A stretch of DNA of 64,000 nucleotides from a virus: IMG/VR virus record IMGVR_UViG_3300047388_000429, positions 6,426-70,425 of that record; one strand, written 5' to 3'. Numbering within the stretch: position 1 is the first letter of the stretch; each line of letters opens with the position of its first letter. Both the position numbers and the translations under genes were made by a program. The notes beneath the pieces are model-generated. The model saw nothing but the letters and a program-made list of their open reading frames with translations. It searched no databases and was not told where the DNA came from. Shown here piece after piece: positions 25,802-36,151 of the stretch.

Positions 25802-27745
25802 TTATATCCCTAAGTTTGGAGGAGCCGTTGCTGCAATTGTTAGAGCGCCTGCGCTGAATGTCGGTACTCCGCCATAACTCACAGCGCCAGCGTTCGTCAC
25901 GTTGAACCCCGTGGCGAAAGAGTGTGATGTGGCCGCAGGAAGTTTAAGTGTTCCACCGCTCGCCGTAAGCGTTGATCCAATGGTAAGTTTATCAATCGTG
26001 GATGTCCCGCCCGAAAATGCCATAGTCGTTCCGGATTTAAGTTCTGCGCTGTTTCCCGTGGAATTTATTGTCCCGCTGGATACAGCGACAGCCCCCGTTC
26101 CCCAAAGCTGGGCCGCGAGATTTATAACGGCTGGAGCAATGGCGGAATCTACCGTGACAGCACCTGTGCTTTTTAAATTATCGTTCACATTGGTCGTGCC
26201 GCCGGAGAACGTGATGGCGCTAAATTGGTGATTAAAGCCGTTAGTGTTGAACGTGCAGTAGTCGTAGACGATCAGAGTATTAGTCGAGGTGATCGCGTCC
26301 AGCGGGGAAATTGTGCGATTACTTCCGAACGTCATGGGCCACGGGATACTCTTTCCGGCGGTTGTTATGTGCGTTGTTCCTGCCCCGCCCTCAAAGTTCA
26401 ATGCGCTGGTGCCCGATAGAGTCATTGCACTTATCAGCGTTAGGTCGCCATATAGTTCTGTGCTGGCATTTATATTAAGTGTCGGTGTATTCGTCGCGCC
26501 AGTGAAATCTAAAGCCCCGATTCTTGCCACATTATTTGTTACAACAATTGATCCCGTCGAAAAAGCATTCGCGTCAAATTTTCCCGTGTCCTGTGGGAGC
26601 GGAACCCGTGCCACGACTGATCCCCCTGATGTCGTCTTCCATGGCAGACCATCAATATTCCCACTCGTCGTCATCTTCGCAAAAACGGTTGCCGGAGTGG
26701 TAAAGGTGATGCCGCTGTTGTTTCCGCAGTCTCCAGAAAGTCCCGTGATCGCAGAAAGATTCCAGCTCGCCGATCCCGATGCCGCAATATCTTTCAGGTT
26801 TAGATATTGAGCGGTAACGGTTCCGTTACATACGATATTAGCTTGGACTCCATAGGCCGCGGAGTGAACGAAGAGCCTTGTATTTTGCGAGAAAACGTTC
26901 CCGTTCATTGTGAGCGTGCCGTTGACGGTGATCCCGCCATTGATACTGAAGCTGCTCGACACGTTTACAGATGGAAGGGTGAAATTATTAAATGTAGGAG
27001 TACCGGTGATTGTTGGACCATATGCTCCAGCATTTCCTTGAGAATAATCGTGATATGTCTGGTCACCCATTGTTGGACCAGCAGAATTAAAAGGCTGCGA
27101 GAACGTCGATGTGCCGCCGTTAATAGTCAGACCCGTGGAAAGATTACCGACACTGAATCCTCCATTGTTTGTAAAGGTTCCAGAGCCCATATTAAAGACT
27201 CTTGTTCCGCCAGTATTCGAAGTGAAATTAATAGCTGTAAGATTGAAGCCGTTCATATCCAAGGTGCCGTTGGTCAGCGTCATGAATGGCGCAGTGCCAG
27301 CGAACATCACCGTGTTGGATTGCAGCAGCCAGCTGCCGCCGACACCGTTGAAAACCATATTTGAAGTTTGTTTTCCACCCCAATCCATCGTGTTTCCGGA
27401 GTGAGTAGATATAAAATTCCAGAAAGATGCCGCGTCAGTCGGGAAGGCAAAAGTCATGCCGGAAACTAATTTAAAGTTCCCGCCATTCGCATCACCGACG
27501 TTGACTTGCTTTCCTGTACCGGAAGCGGTAAGGGTACCGGTAAATCCAGTGCAGTCCAAAGATTGACAAAGGCTTGGTGATCCCGTCGTGCCATCAATGG
27601 TGATCGTTTTTACGCCAGTGGCGGCATTTAAAAAGACTCTATCTGCGCTTGTCGGCGGACCAGCGCCAGGCGAGCCGCCAGATGATAAAGACCATGTTCC
27701 AGTTGATGACCAGTTACCGGTTGCTACTGCAAAAAGATCCGTCAT
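25802..27745 (-). CDS. Beta-rich tail spike/adhesin
   Basis: 647 aa, G/T/S/N-rich; GNWSSTGTWS...GG start. Confidence 0.65.
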   Translation of the reverse strand: MTDLFAVATGNWSSTGTWSLSSGGSPGAGPPTSADRVFLNAATGVKTITIDGTTGSPSLCQSLDCTGFTGTLTASGTGKQVNVGDANGGNFKLVSGMTFAFPTDAASFWNFISTHSGNTMDWGGKQTSNMVFNGVGGSWLLQSNTVMFAGTAPFMTLTNGTLDMNGFNLTAINFTSNTGGTRVFNMGSGTFTNNGGFSVGNLSTGLTINGGTSTFSQPFNSAGPTMGDQTYHDYSQGNAGAYGPTITGTPTFNNFTLPSVNVSSSFSINGGITVNGTLTMNGNVFSQNTRLFVHSAAYGVQANIVCNGTVTAQYLNLKDIAASGSASWNLSAITGLSGDCGNNSGITFTTPATVFAKMTTSGNIDGLPWKTTSGGSVVARVPLPQDTGKFDANAFSTGSIVVTNNVARIGALDFTGATNTPTLNINASTELYGDLTLISAMTLSGTSALNFEGGAGTTHITTAGKSIPWPMTFGSNRTISPLDAITSTNTLIVYDYCTFNTNGFNHQFSAITFSGGTTNVNDNLKSTGAVTVDSAIAPAVINLAAQLWGTGAVAVSSGTINSTGNSAELKSGTTMAFSGGTSTIDKLTIGSTLTASGGTLKLPAATSHSFATGFNVTNAGAVSYGGVPTFSAGALTIAATAPPNLGI

Positions 27746-27756
27746 TTATTTTCTCC

Positions 27757-28845
27757 TTACGTTGGACCGATAGCAACCCACAACATTGGTTTGCTTGGCC
27801 CTGAACCTTGATGTTGAGCATAAAATTGTGTTGACGAGATGTTATTTACGTTCGGCGTAAATTGCGTTCCTGTAGTAAAGGCAGGAGGTGCGGATCCAAC
27901 TGTCAATATAAAATTGACGTAGTACGGCGTTCCGCTAAACGCGGTCGGAAAGACATTTAATCCACCGGCATTGTGATAGAATTCTGAAGATATTCCCGTT
28001 CCCCATTGAAGAGTTACCCCGCCTTCAAAATCGATCTTTCCATTAGCCCCAGCGGTCGTCGATAATATTTTTAACCATGTGCCAGCAGCACCGAGAACTT
28101 TTCCAGCCGCCGCATCGCCGGCCGCCGGAGCCGGAACGAGTCCAGCCCTACCACCCGATCCAGAATCCCCGACAAAGTTCAAGGGCGTGGGGTTTTGAAT
28201 CACCCAAAAACCAGTCGTAGAATTATAAACCAGAGAATAGATCCCAGTTGGAATAATCGTCCCCGCTGCCGGATCCTGATTAGCCAATGTTTTAATGGCC
28301 GTTGTTGGCGTGCTGTTTACAGTCAAATCACAGGCACCGGTATTTGCAAAGGTCGGCCGCATCTGGACGACAGCGCCATTTAACAAAGATCCCAGCGCAG
28401 GATTTGGGGCGATCACGTAATGATTTGCTGATCCCGTGTCGGTGGCTAAGTTAAAATATAAAAGATTGTTTGAACCGATAACTTGCCAGTTTGCGCTCGG
28501 GGGAGTGTCCGTATTATTTGACACCAGAGAACGATAGGGGACTCCGTTATGCCACACAGAGGCGCCCTGTGCATATTGAAATGCTACACCGCCATTGGCG
28601 GCCGCGGTAATCCATGACGGAAATCCCGTTTGCTGTATTTGCTGGATGGCTCCTGTCGTATCGAACATGAGCTGGTTGAATTGATCACGCGGAACCGGAA
28701 GATAACCAGGCGCGGTATTTGCGAGTTCATACCCGATAGGAAATCCAGATTCGTAACTCACCGTTCCGCTGATCTGCGTCGGGTTTGGTATCGGCGTGAG
28801 ATTTCCGCTGATGCCAAAAGGAAAAAGAAAATAATGTTCCGTCAT
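27757..28845 (-). CDS. Tail fibre protein
   Basis: PFG..G...VSY..GF...Y N-terminus; LQWG C-terminal domain. Confidence 0.8.
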   Translation of the reverse strand: MTEHYFLFPFGISGNLTPIPNPTQISGTVSYESGFPIGYELANTAPGYLPVPRDQFNQLMFDTTGAIQQIQQTGFPSWITAAANGGVAFQYAQGASVWHNGVPYRSLVSNNTDTPPSANWQVIGSNNLLYFNLATDTGSANHYVIAPNPALGSLLNGAVVQMRPTFANTGACDLTVNSTPTTAIKTLANQDPAAGTIIPTGIYSLVYNSTTGFWVIQNPTPLNFVGDSGSGGRAGLVPAPAAGDAAAGKVLGAAGTWLKILSTTAGANGKIDFEGGVTLQWGTGISSEFYHNAGGLNVFPTAFSGTPYYVNFILTVGSAPPAFTTGTQFTPNVNNISSTQFYAQHQGSGPSKPMLWVAIGPT

Positions 28846-28879
28846 GTCAAAACCTCATAAGTTGATCGTACATCAGATA

Positions 28880-30064
28880 TCATGGGAGCACCAATGTTAT
28901 ATCGCTGGGGTTGGAAAATCCGATTTGATTCACAGCGATCGGCAAAACTGCTGTTCCGAATTCTATGCTCGATGCGTAGGAAATCTGGACTTGATTGATG
29001 ATCATATACGGATATTGAGAAAGTAGAGCACCCGCGATTTCAAAAGCGGAAATGGGTTGCCCGACAGACCATGCCGGATAATTTGCGACATTCCCTGCGA
29101 TATAGTTTGCGATACCCGTTTGGATATCAGCGATCGCGGCATTCGCTGACGTTACCTGAATGGCTATTTCTATCGGTGCCGGACGATCAAAAAGAACGGT
29201 ATATATCTGGCCGCTCGTCGGTTCGGTGACGCTGACGCTAGTATTTCCATTCCATGCGCATCCCGAAGATTTGTTCTCGAGCATTGCGGCCGCGACGTTC
29301 AGATCGGATCCGCCGTTGACGCACACGTAAATAGAATGGCCCACCATAGTGATATCTTTTATGACCTGAGTGGTCGCAGATATATTTTCCTGAAAAAATA
29401 AGCTCTGTACACCAGGAACGGCGAATAGCGCGGAAGTTATACTCTCCGCAAGCGATACACCCTGAAAGGCGAGTGTATTGCTGCGGAGAGCGCGTGCGCC
29501 GATGTCCGACTGTGTAGTCGTTCCCACAACACCAGCGACGCTGTTATTTACTGTTTCCCAGCCCAGAACATTGGTGACCGGAATATTGAGTGCCGATGCC
29601 AAGCACGGAATGGGCCCGAAGGCAACGGAAACAAAATCCACCGTCGCCTGTCCGTTGGCGGCCAAGGTCACCGGTGAAAGAGTCGCGAATATATCTCCCA
29701 CTGCAGTTTTTGCCTGAGCGCCTTCAGGGATTACCGTTCCAGGAACGCCATTTAGAGTTACCCCCTTGACTAAAGTTTGAGTCGCGGGTGTTCTCTGCAT
29801 TCCGGTGAGGGCAAGAATAGCATCAAGAAAAACGCCGCCTGCGATGTTCGGATTTATTTGATTGGCAAGAGCCGCGTTATTTTGGACGACCTGAGAGCGC
29901 GCCAGAGCTTCGGCGGCGATCAGAACTCCTTGAGGAGAATCTGGGGTTAATTGGAGATCGGTCCCGAAAATTGTCTGGTATTCGGCGTTGATGCCACTGA
30001 GAATTTCACTGGTATCTGGAACGATCGTACCCGTGCTGTTTATAAACTCATATGGATTTGTCAT
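28880..30064 (-). CDS. Baseplate J-like wedge protein
   Basis: P.SPQG.LI, G.FLD motifs; position in the tail module. Confidence 0.82.
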   Translation of the reverse strand: MTNPYEFINSTGTIVPDTSEILSGINAEYQTIFGTDLQLTPDSPQGVLIAAEALARSQVVQNNAALANQINPNIAGGVFLDAILALTGMQRTPATQTLVKGVTLNGVPGTVIPEGAQAKTAVGDIFATLSPVTLAANGQATVDFVSVAFGPIPCLASALNIPVTNVLGWETVNNSVAGVVGTTTQSDIGARALRSNTLAFQGVSLAESITSALFAVPGVQSLFFQENISATTQVIKDITMVGHSIYVCVNGGSDLNVAAAMLENKSSGCAWNGNTSVSVTEPTSGQIYTVLFDRPAPIEIAIQVTSANAAIADIQTGIANYIAGNVANYPAWSVGQPISAFEIAGALLSQYPYMIINQVQISYASSIEFGTAVLPIAVNQIGFSNPSDITLVLP

Positions 30065-30423
30065 GTCGTTAAGCTCCCTTTAATTTCTGCTGCCCCGAAT
30101 TCAGAGGCGATCGTTGCCGTGTAAGACAGAATTCCGTTCTCTGTATTGGTGACCACAGATTCAACGGAATTTACGCCGATAACATTATTTAAGGCCGTGA
30201 TCAGGAATGATTGCCACAGCGAGTAATTTGGACTGCCGATCCAGATCGATTCAAAATTCGGGATCCCGAGACCTGTTTCTAGTACCGCCTCTCCGAGTTG
30301 CAGTTTACTTGCCGTCGCGCAGCATTGCTCAACGGCTGGCAGCCCACTGAGGACCACGATGTTTCCGGAGACGTCTAAAAATAAGTCGTTGGTATCCGCT
30401 GTCGTCGCAAGGGTTTTCGTCAT
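30061..30423 (-). CDS. Baseplate/sheath-initiator protein
   Basis: GE...GIP.F motif; synteny. Confidence 0.65.
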   Translation of the reverse strand: MTKTLATTADTNDLFLDVSGNIVVLSGLPAVEQCCATASKLQLGEAVLETGLGIPNFESIWIGSPNYSLWQSFLITALNNVIGVNSVESVVTNTENGILSYTATIASEFGAAEIKGSLTT

Positions 30424-30929
30424 GTTGCCCTCGCGAATTCACCAAACATTTTTTTTGAAGCCTCTGAATAAGCCATTAACGCTTCTTCTTTTGTTTCAAA
30501 ATATCCAAGATGGATATTTCTTTTTATCATTGCCCTGTATCTATTGCCTACAGCATGGACACCCTTGACTCCGCACTTGTTATTATTTGGACAAGCGCGA
30601 TTAGATTGATTTTGTGAATCATTGGCTTCTCTCAGATTATCCCACCTGTTATTTGATGGATTCATGTCCCTGTGATCTATGAGATTCTCAGGCCATTCAT
30701 CGGTCATAAATATCCAAGCTATTCTGCTTGCTAAATAACTTTTGTTATTAATTTTTAAAACAATTCTTTTTTTATTATCTGTTTTTCCCGCAATTCTTCC
30801 TGCATATCTCGCGTTCCATCTTTTCGGAACATCACTGCGGTTTTTCCAAGAAAAAATTCCCATCTCAGGATCGTAATCAAGGATTGATCTTATATATTCT
30901 GCAGTCAGGTCATTACTGAACTTTCTCAT
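30420..30929 (-). CDS. HNH-AP2 homing endonuclease
   Basis: IDHRDMNPSNNRWDNLREA; HLGYF...A..AY. Confidence 0.88.
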   Translation of the reverse strand: MRKFSNDLTAEYIRSILDYDPEMGIFSWKNRSDVPKRWNARYAGRIAGKTDNKKRIVLKINNKSYLASRIAWIFMTDEWPENLIDHRDMNPSNNRWDNLREANDSQNQSNRACPNNNKCGVKGVHAVGNRYRAMIKRNIHLGYFETKEEALMAYSEASKKMFGEFARAT

Positions 30930-30931
30930 TT

Positions 30932-31687
30932 TTATACAGGGGGACCAGAATCCCCGCCTCCTGTTTGAACGCCGCTATGAACGTGCGTATGTAAAGATGT
31001 GCCCGCGCCCGTGATGTTTCCGTTTGCCGTAATTGAGCCGCTGAACGTCGCGGCCCCACCGCCGTCGCCGCCGGATTCCAGCAGCCCTGTAATCTTCGTC
31101 AGGGGGCTGTCCAGAGTGATGGACCCCGAGGCCTTGCAAAGTATGGTCGGAGCCACGACTTCAACTGTAGGGGCCGTTATTTTGACTTTGTCGGGCCATA
31201 TGGCGACGCGGGTGGTCCCGTCGAGTGTTTGAATGATGAGGTTCCCCTCATCTTCCTCGTTTATGACAACATTCTTAAACATCGTGTCCGGTATGAACAT
31301 CGCGTTTTCAAAGCTATGGAGCCTTCCGGTATTCGGCGGCGAGTTCTGCAAGAATTTCAAAAACAGGGAAATATCGCGATCGTTGGCCTTGATCCATCCC
31401 AGATCGCCAGGCTTAAGCGGGCACGAGATCACAAATCCGCCGCCTCCGATCTGGAGGACCGGTATCGCCGCGAGGACCCCGCGCTGGACGAGAGTGTTAT
31501 TCGTGGTCACGATCGAGATCATGGGCTGGATCGTCGCGAGATTTGTCGACCTGTCATAGGAGACGACCTGCGCGGGAAGCATGTCATCAGTCTTCTGCAG
31601 CCACTTCGTCAAAATGAATCTCACGATCCCCGAGAAATCTCCGCGACTGGCTGGGTTCAGTGATGGGGGGAAATTATTTGTCGTCAT
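30932..31687 (-). CDS. Baseplate central spike (gpV/gp138-like)
   Basis: C-terminal HTHVHSGV; DRDIS motif. Confidence 0.85.
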   Translation of the reverse strand: MTTNNFPPSLNPASRGDFSGIVRFILTKWLQKTDDMLPAQVVSYDRSTNLATIQPMISIVTTNNTLVQRGVLAAIPVLQIGGGGFVISCPLKPGDLGWIKANDRDISLFLKFLQNSPPNTGRLHSFENAMFIPDTMFKNVVINEEDEGNLIIQTLDGTTRVAIWPDKVKITAPTVEVVAPTILCKASGSITLDSPLTKITGLLESGGDGGGAATFSGSITANGNITGAGTSLHTHVHSGVQTGGGDSGPPV

Positions 31688-32547
31688 GGCGTCACCCCAC
31701 CAGAAGAGTATTTATTAGTGAGCGTCAAATTGTAGAAGAATGGTTCATCCCGATTTGAAATATCAAAAGCAATCTGGCTGATCCGATATTTTCCATTAAC
31801 CGACGGATTTACGATGCTGTCGACGGTAACGAGATCACCGATATTAACGCCAGCCGTGGCAAGCATTTGAGCCGTGCATCCGGATTCCGTTGCCTGCGGG
31901 AGGCCAACAAGCGTTTTATTTTTTAAGCTGAGAACAAATCCATTGTCTTCATTAAATCCGTTGACGTCCCTGACGATAAGGATCCCGTTGTTTACTGTCG
32001 CGACGATCCCGCCGATATCATTCAGGCGTGGTATCAGATCATTCGTGTTCGCCGGAAATGAAAAGTTTGCGACTTGAATGTCGTTCGTGACCCTGAAAGA
32101 AAGGGATAATTTTGGATTTGAATTGTCAGCCACGTATTGAGCGATGACGCTCAATTTTGTCAGCGGGCCAAAGCTCGTCGGCTGCAGCGCGGACGCCAAT
32201 CCGCTGCTATCGAGGCTCCTGAACATGATCCCTATATCCGGCGGCGGCATAACTGTGCTCGTGTAACAGGTGCCTTCAAAGAGCCTGAACAATCCTTTTG
32301 ATTGCCTGCCGACGTCAACGGTGATATACGCGGGTTTTACATTGTTAGCCAATACCGGCGTCGCGTTCGTCAACAGCCAGTGGCGTTGATCGCGGGTCAA
32401 GTTCGATATCTTGATCGTGCAAAACGCCGATGTCGCGCTGAAAAATCTTTGTCCTTGGATGTGAATGTCCAGATCCTGAAAATAGGTGGTCACCCCATCG
32501 ATCAGGATACCGACTCTCAAAAGACGAGGATCAAACGCCGCTGTCAT
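31684..32547 (-). CDS. Baseplate hub protein
   Basis: Synteny; I.NL...PPD pattern. Confidence 0.7.
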   Translation of the reverse strand: MTAAFDPRLLRVGILIDGVTTYFQDLDIHIQGQRFFSATSAFCTIKISNLTRDQRHWLLTNATPVLANNVKPAYITVDVGRQSKGLFRLFEGTCYTSTVMPPPDIGIMFRSLDSSGLASALQPTSFGPLTKLSVIAQYVADNSNPKLSLSFRVTNDIQVANFSFPANTNDLIPRLNDIGGIVATVNNGILIVRDVNGFNEDNGFVLSLKNKTLVGLPQATESGCTAQMLATAGVNIGDLVTVDSIVNPSVNGKYRISQIAFDISNRDEPFFYNLTLTNKYSSGGVTP

Positions 32548-33092
32548 TGACCCTCCGTAAAGTAGAATCCGAGGCCGTCTTCGGTGATATAAAGCGGATT
32601 CGTTTCGGTCACATAATTACTTGTCCCAGCCTCATCGACATAGTTGTGAGTCCCTGCCTCATCGACAAAATTATTCGGGATCTCGGCTTCATAATTAGAT
32701 GCCTGTGTATATCCCTGTGGAAATATCCGGAGTGGCAGTGCCGCATTTGGATCAAAATAAGCGGCAGTCAGAACCGGCGGCGGGGGAACGCGAATAAGCG
32801 CGAGCTCTGCGGCGCTCAAGTAAACAAGTTGCTGACCGGTACCAAACTGAGTGTAATCTGGAACTTCCTGATCGATGGTCACCAGAACGAAGTTACCGGC
32901 CTCTTCATATTCAGAGGGGATGATCCGAGCCCCACCAGCGATATTCAGGCCAGAAATGATGACGTTCCCGTTCAAGGCCAAAGTTACCGCTATACCATCA
33001 TTGACGACCTCGATCGTCCAAGCCCACTGATTATTGTCGAGTTGGACTGAAAAACTTTGGTTTGGGAGTGCCTGGATGGGTAATAATTGCAT
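32544..33092 (-). CDS. Baseplate plug-like protein with acidic C-terminal repeats
   Basis: PNQSFSVQLD N-terminus; VDEAGT repeats. Confidence 0.65.
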   Translation of the reverse strand: MQLLPIQALPNQSFSVQLDNNQWAWTIEVVNDGIAVTLALNGNVIISGLNIAGGARIIPSEYEEAGNFVLVTIDQEVPDYTQFGTGQQLVYLSAAELALIRVPPPPVLTAAYFDPNAALPLRIFPQGYTQASNYEAEIPNNFVDEAGTHNYVDEAGTSNYVTETNPLYITEDGLGFYFTEGQ

Positions 33093-33706
33093 TATATTCC
33101 TACCCCGAAAACAGTTCCTGCGTGGAGATAACTCAATCCCGAAGACGTCAAATTGGTCGCCGATATAAGGCCGCTTTGAACATTCGTGCTGTTCTTCGGG
33201 TTGGCCGGTGAAAAGTTGGAGACCGTTCCGGCCGGCGCTGTTGAAGAAGGCGCGATCATGATGACTTCGCGCAGTTTAATATAAATCGTGATCGCCGTGA
33301 AAAGTTCTGAATCTTCTTTGTGCGGCAATTCCTCGATGATCATGTTTTTATAGGTTCCGACACGGGTCTGAACAGATAAAAGAGTCGCAGCCTGCCATGC
33401 GTTTCTGATCGCAATGAAATCCGTCGCGTAAGATGCAGACGGAATAATGCAGAGTAAGCTGATCTCTGTCGGCATGCTGATCCGGTGATCGGAGAGCGTG
33501 ACTCCGGTTTCTACCGGATAATTCATGACCTTCGCATATTCCTTGATCTCCGCCTGCAGCGGCCGCGCGCCACTAAAAATCTGTGTCAGCGTCTGCTGAT
33601 CAAGGACTTGAACCTGATCCGTTTTCGTCAGCGTCGATAAAATGCTTCCGACGGATCCTGTGTTGGATAAAATAGACGCTGGCGTGATGTTAAGAGGCAG
33701 GGTCAT
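33092..33706 (-). CDS. Tail tube initiator/Dit-like protein
   Basis: YPVETG...SDH...P; Y.NM.I motif. Confidence 0.7.
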   Translation of the reverse strand: MTLPLNITPASILSNTGSVGSILSTLTKTDQVQVLDQQTLTQIFSGARPLQAEIKEYAKVMNYPVETGVTLSDHRISMPTEISLLCIIPSASYATDFIAIRNAWQAATLLSVQTRVGTYKNMIIEELPHKEDSELFTAITIYIKLREVIMIAPSSTAPAGTVSNFSPANPKNSTNVQSGLISATNLTSSGLSYLHAGTVFGVGI

Positions 33707-35151
33707 CTTACTTGTCCATTGTCAATGGTACTGGATAGGAATCCCAGAGCCGAATAAATCTCGTCCTTGAGTGCCCCAGCAATACCCGTTGCGATATCGT
33801 TCGCATTATTGGCCTGCGTTACGACCTCTACTTTATCAATCTTCACGTTCGTCGTTCCACCGCTAGGGGCCGGTGATAGTTGAGATGCCGTGGAGAGCAC
33901 GGACTTGGCGCGCGCTATATGATCATTCAGGGGGAGTTTTATTCCCTTGATTCTCTCACCCAGATCATCGCTCGATCCCAGATCACCACTTCTTTTATTG
34001 ATATGGTTGTCGATATCCAAGATCGCCTTTTGCATCGGATCATCGATCGATGATTTTTTGGTCTGTGCAGATTTATATAACGGAGCTTTGCTTATGATAT
34101 CGGCGGTCATGTTTTTTACGATCTGGGCCTCAATGTAGGGGCTCCACAGATCGGCCAATTTTTTGAACCCGTATAGGATTTCTCCGCCGCCGAGGAAGGC
34201 TGCGGCTCCGGCGGCACCTGTCGCTGCCGTCGCGGCACCGGTTGCGCCTCCAAGATCGACGGCACCCCAATCGCCCATGGCAACCTTACCGGCCGCAACT
34301 TCTCCAGCCGTCGCCTTACCTGCAGTTTTTCCCAGAAATTTTGTAATGGCTTTTGTACCCAGCCACCCTGCGAGCGTCGTTCCACCAATAACTGCAGCTG
34401 AGCCTGCCGCTGGACCGGTCATCCCTATAAGGGCGGCAAAGCGATCCAAGAATCTATTTAGGGGGCCCGAAATGGTCGTCAATAATCTGTTAAAAAATCC
34501 CTGTTGTGATGCATCGACTCCGACTTGAGCTTTATTAGCCTCATATGCCGCGAGCGCTGCCTTATTCGTATCTTTCGATAAGAAATTGGCTCTCTTCATG
34601 TTGGCTTCGAACTCGCCACCAGACATCGTGGTCAATTCGCGTCTTGTGAATTCGTCGGTGATCCCGAATTGATTTAATAGACCCTGTTGCTGTGTCGGTG
34701 TTTTTCCGGTCAGCATTCTTCTCAGATTTCGGATATTTTGTTCTGGATCACCGGAGGCAAGGCCCGCAGCTCGGTTTGCCTGCGCCATTTTGATCGCATT
34801 GCCGACGCCGGTTCCAAAATCCCCGCCCGCCAATTGCGTCGCAAGACCGGCCGCCCGCAGCTTCTCCGCGGTTGTCCCGTAATTGTCGGCCAAGACCTTC
34901 AAATTGGTATTGAGATCGATCGCCTGCTGGATGCCGGATTTCAGGATCTCGAAACCGCTGATCGCGCCAATGGCGCTGGCCGCCGACTCCGCCATCTTGA
35001 CGAAGTTCAATCCAACTTCTTGAGTGGTATCACGGGTATTCTTTAAAGCCTGTTCTGTATCTTTTGTAGATTTTTCAACAGCTTTATTGCCTTTGATAAC
35101 ATCATCTGCATTGGACTTGAACAACAGATAGAATGTTTGAAAAGCACTCAT
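33703..35151 (-). CDS. Tape measure protein
   Basis: Ala/Gly-rich helical protein following the tail chaperones. Confidence 0.7.
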   Translation of the reverse strand: MSAFQTFYLLFKSNADDVIKGNKAVEKSTKDTEQALKNTRDTTQEVGLNFVKMAESAASAIGAISGFEILKSGIQQAIDLNTNLKVLADNYGTTAEKLRAAGLATQLAGGDFGTGVGNAIKMAQANRAAGLASGDPEQNIRNLRRMLTGKTPTQQQGLLNQFGITDEFTRRELTTMSGGEFEANMKRANFLSKDTNKAALAAYEANKAQVGVDASQQGFFNRLLTTISGPLNRFLDRFAALIGMTGPAAGSAAVIGGTTLAGWLGTKAITKFLGKTAGKATAGEVAAGKVAMGDWGAVDLGGATGAATAATGAAGAAAFLGGGEILYGFKKLADLWSPYIEAQIVKNMTADIISKAPLYKSAQTKKSSIDDPMQKAILDIDNHINKRSGDLGSSDDLGERIKGIKLPLNDHIARAKSVLSTASQLSPAPSGGTTNVKIDKVEVVTQANNANDIATGIAGALKDEIYSALGFLSSTIDNGQVR

Positions 35152-35695
35152 TATTTTCCTGCGGCTTTTTTAGATGCCTGATATTCATTATATTTTGAAA
35201 CCATGATAATTTCCCAAAGCTGCATCGCTTCCTCTAAGTCCAAGCATGTTTTCAACTCTGTAAGGCTTGCTTTTCCGTGGGAGATGATTGTACCGATGAG
35301 AGCATCAACATTTCTGACACCTTCCTCGCCACCATCTGAGTTAAATTTTCTAAGAAATCTAAGCTCCTCCCATCGCGAAAAAAACTGCAGTTTTTCTCCA
35401 TCATCGCCATTTCGATCTTCATCAGCTCTTCGAAGCCAGGGCAATGATTGTTAATCAAGTCCTTGGTCGATAGGCGTGTCTCGACGGGACCGTTTTTGAC
35501 GGCCACGTAAGACATCAACTTGATCATTATTTCTTCGCTCTCTTTGTAGTCTCCAATTTTCGGCATATTCGCGGCGATATATTTGGAGACGATCTCACGG
35601 CCGTCAACGGCTGGAAAGTTGGAAAGTATGTAGGTCCTTTCCTTTCCGTCCTCGCATTTCAATACCAGTGGGATTGGCTTGATGAGTTCAGGCAT
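35151..35695 (-). CDS. Tail assembly chaperone (35252..35695) and -1-frame extension (to 35151)
   Basis: Overlapping ORFs between tube and tape measure; T7 slippery site. Confidence 0.7.
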
Positions 35696-36138
35696 TAGTT
35701 CACCGTTCCGAACATGAAGCTATAGGTGTGCGTTTTCAGGCGGCCGTTGCTGCCGATCCCCTTGCCGAATTGAGCGTCAGTGATGACCCCGCTTCCGAGG
35801 GATGCGACACTCTTATCCGGATAGGTAAGATTCGCGGTGATGATGTCATTCGCCCCGTTTTTTCCCTGAGATACGCGGTTGGCCTTGGCGAGCGCCTGCA
35901 GGTTGAGATCGTCGATGCTGCCAGGAATAACCGTCAGCGTCATCGGGATCATGACCGCGCGCGACCAGACGATCGCATCGCCGTTGACACCCATTGCGGC
36001 GTCCCCGAACTTTACGCTCGGAAAATCCACGGCGTCCGCATCATCGGAGGCCTGCGTGAACGTGAATCCGACCGGAAATGTATTGCTCGCGATGATCGAG
36101 AGTACAAATCCAAAGCCTGTTACATTATTTGTCGACAT
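35695..36138 (-). CDS. Tail tube protein
   Basis: Follows the sheath; 147 aa. Confidence 0.75.
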   Translation of the reverse strand: MSTNNVTGFGFVLSIIASNTFPVGFTFTQASDDADAVDFPSVKFGDAAMGVNGDAIVWSRAVMIPMTLTVIPGSIDDLNLQALAKANRVSQGKNGANDIITANLTYPDKSVASLGSGVITDAQFGKGIGSNGRLKTHTYSFMFGTVN

Positions 36139-36151
36139 TTTTTATCCTCCG

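Noticed and set aside
20357-28845. Diversity-generating retroelement or invertible fibre cassette
   Set aside because: No reverse transcriptase or invertase in the window; the repeats are direct and I saw no adenine-specific differences.
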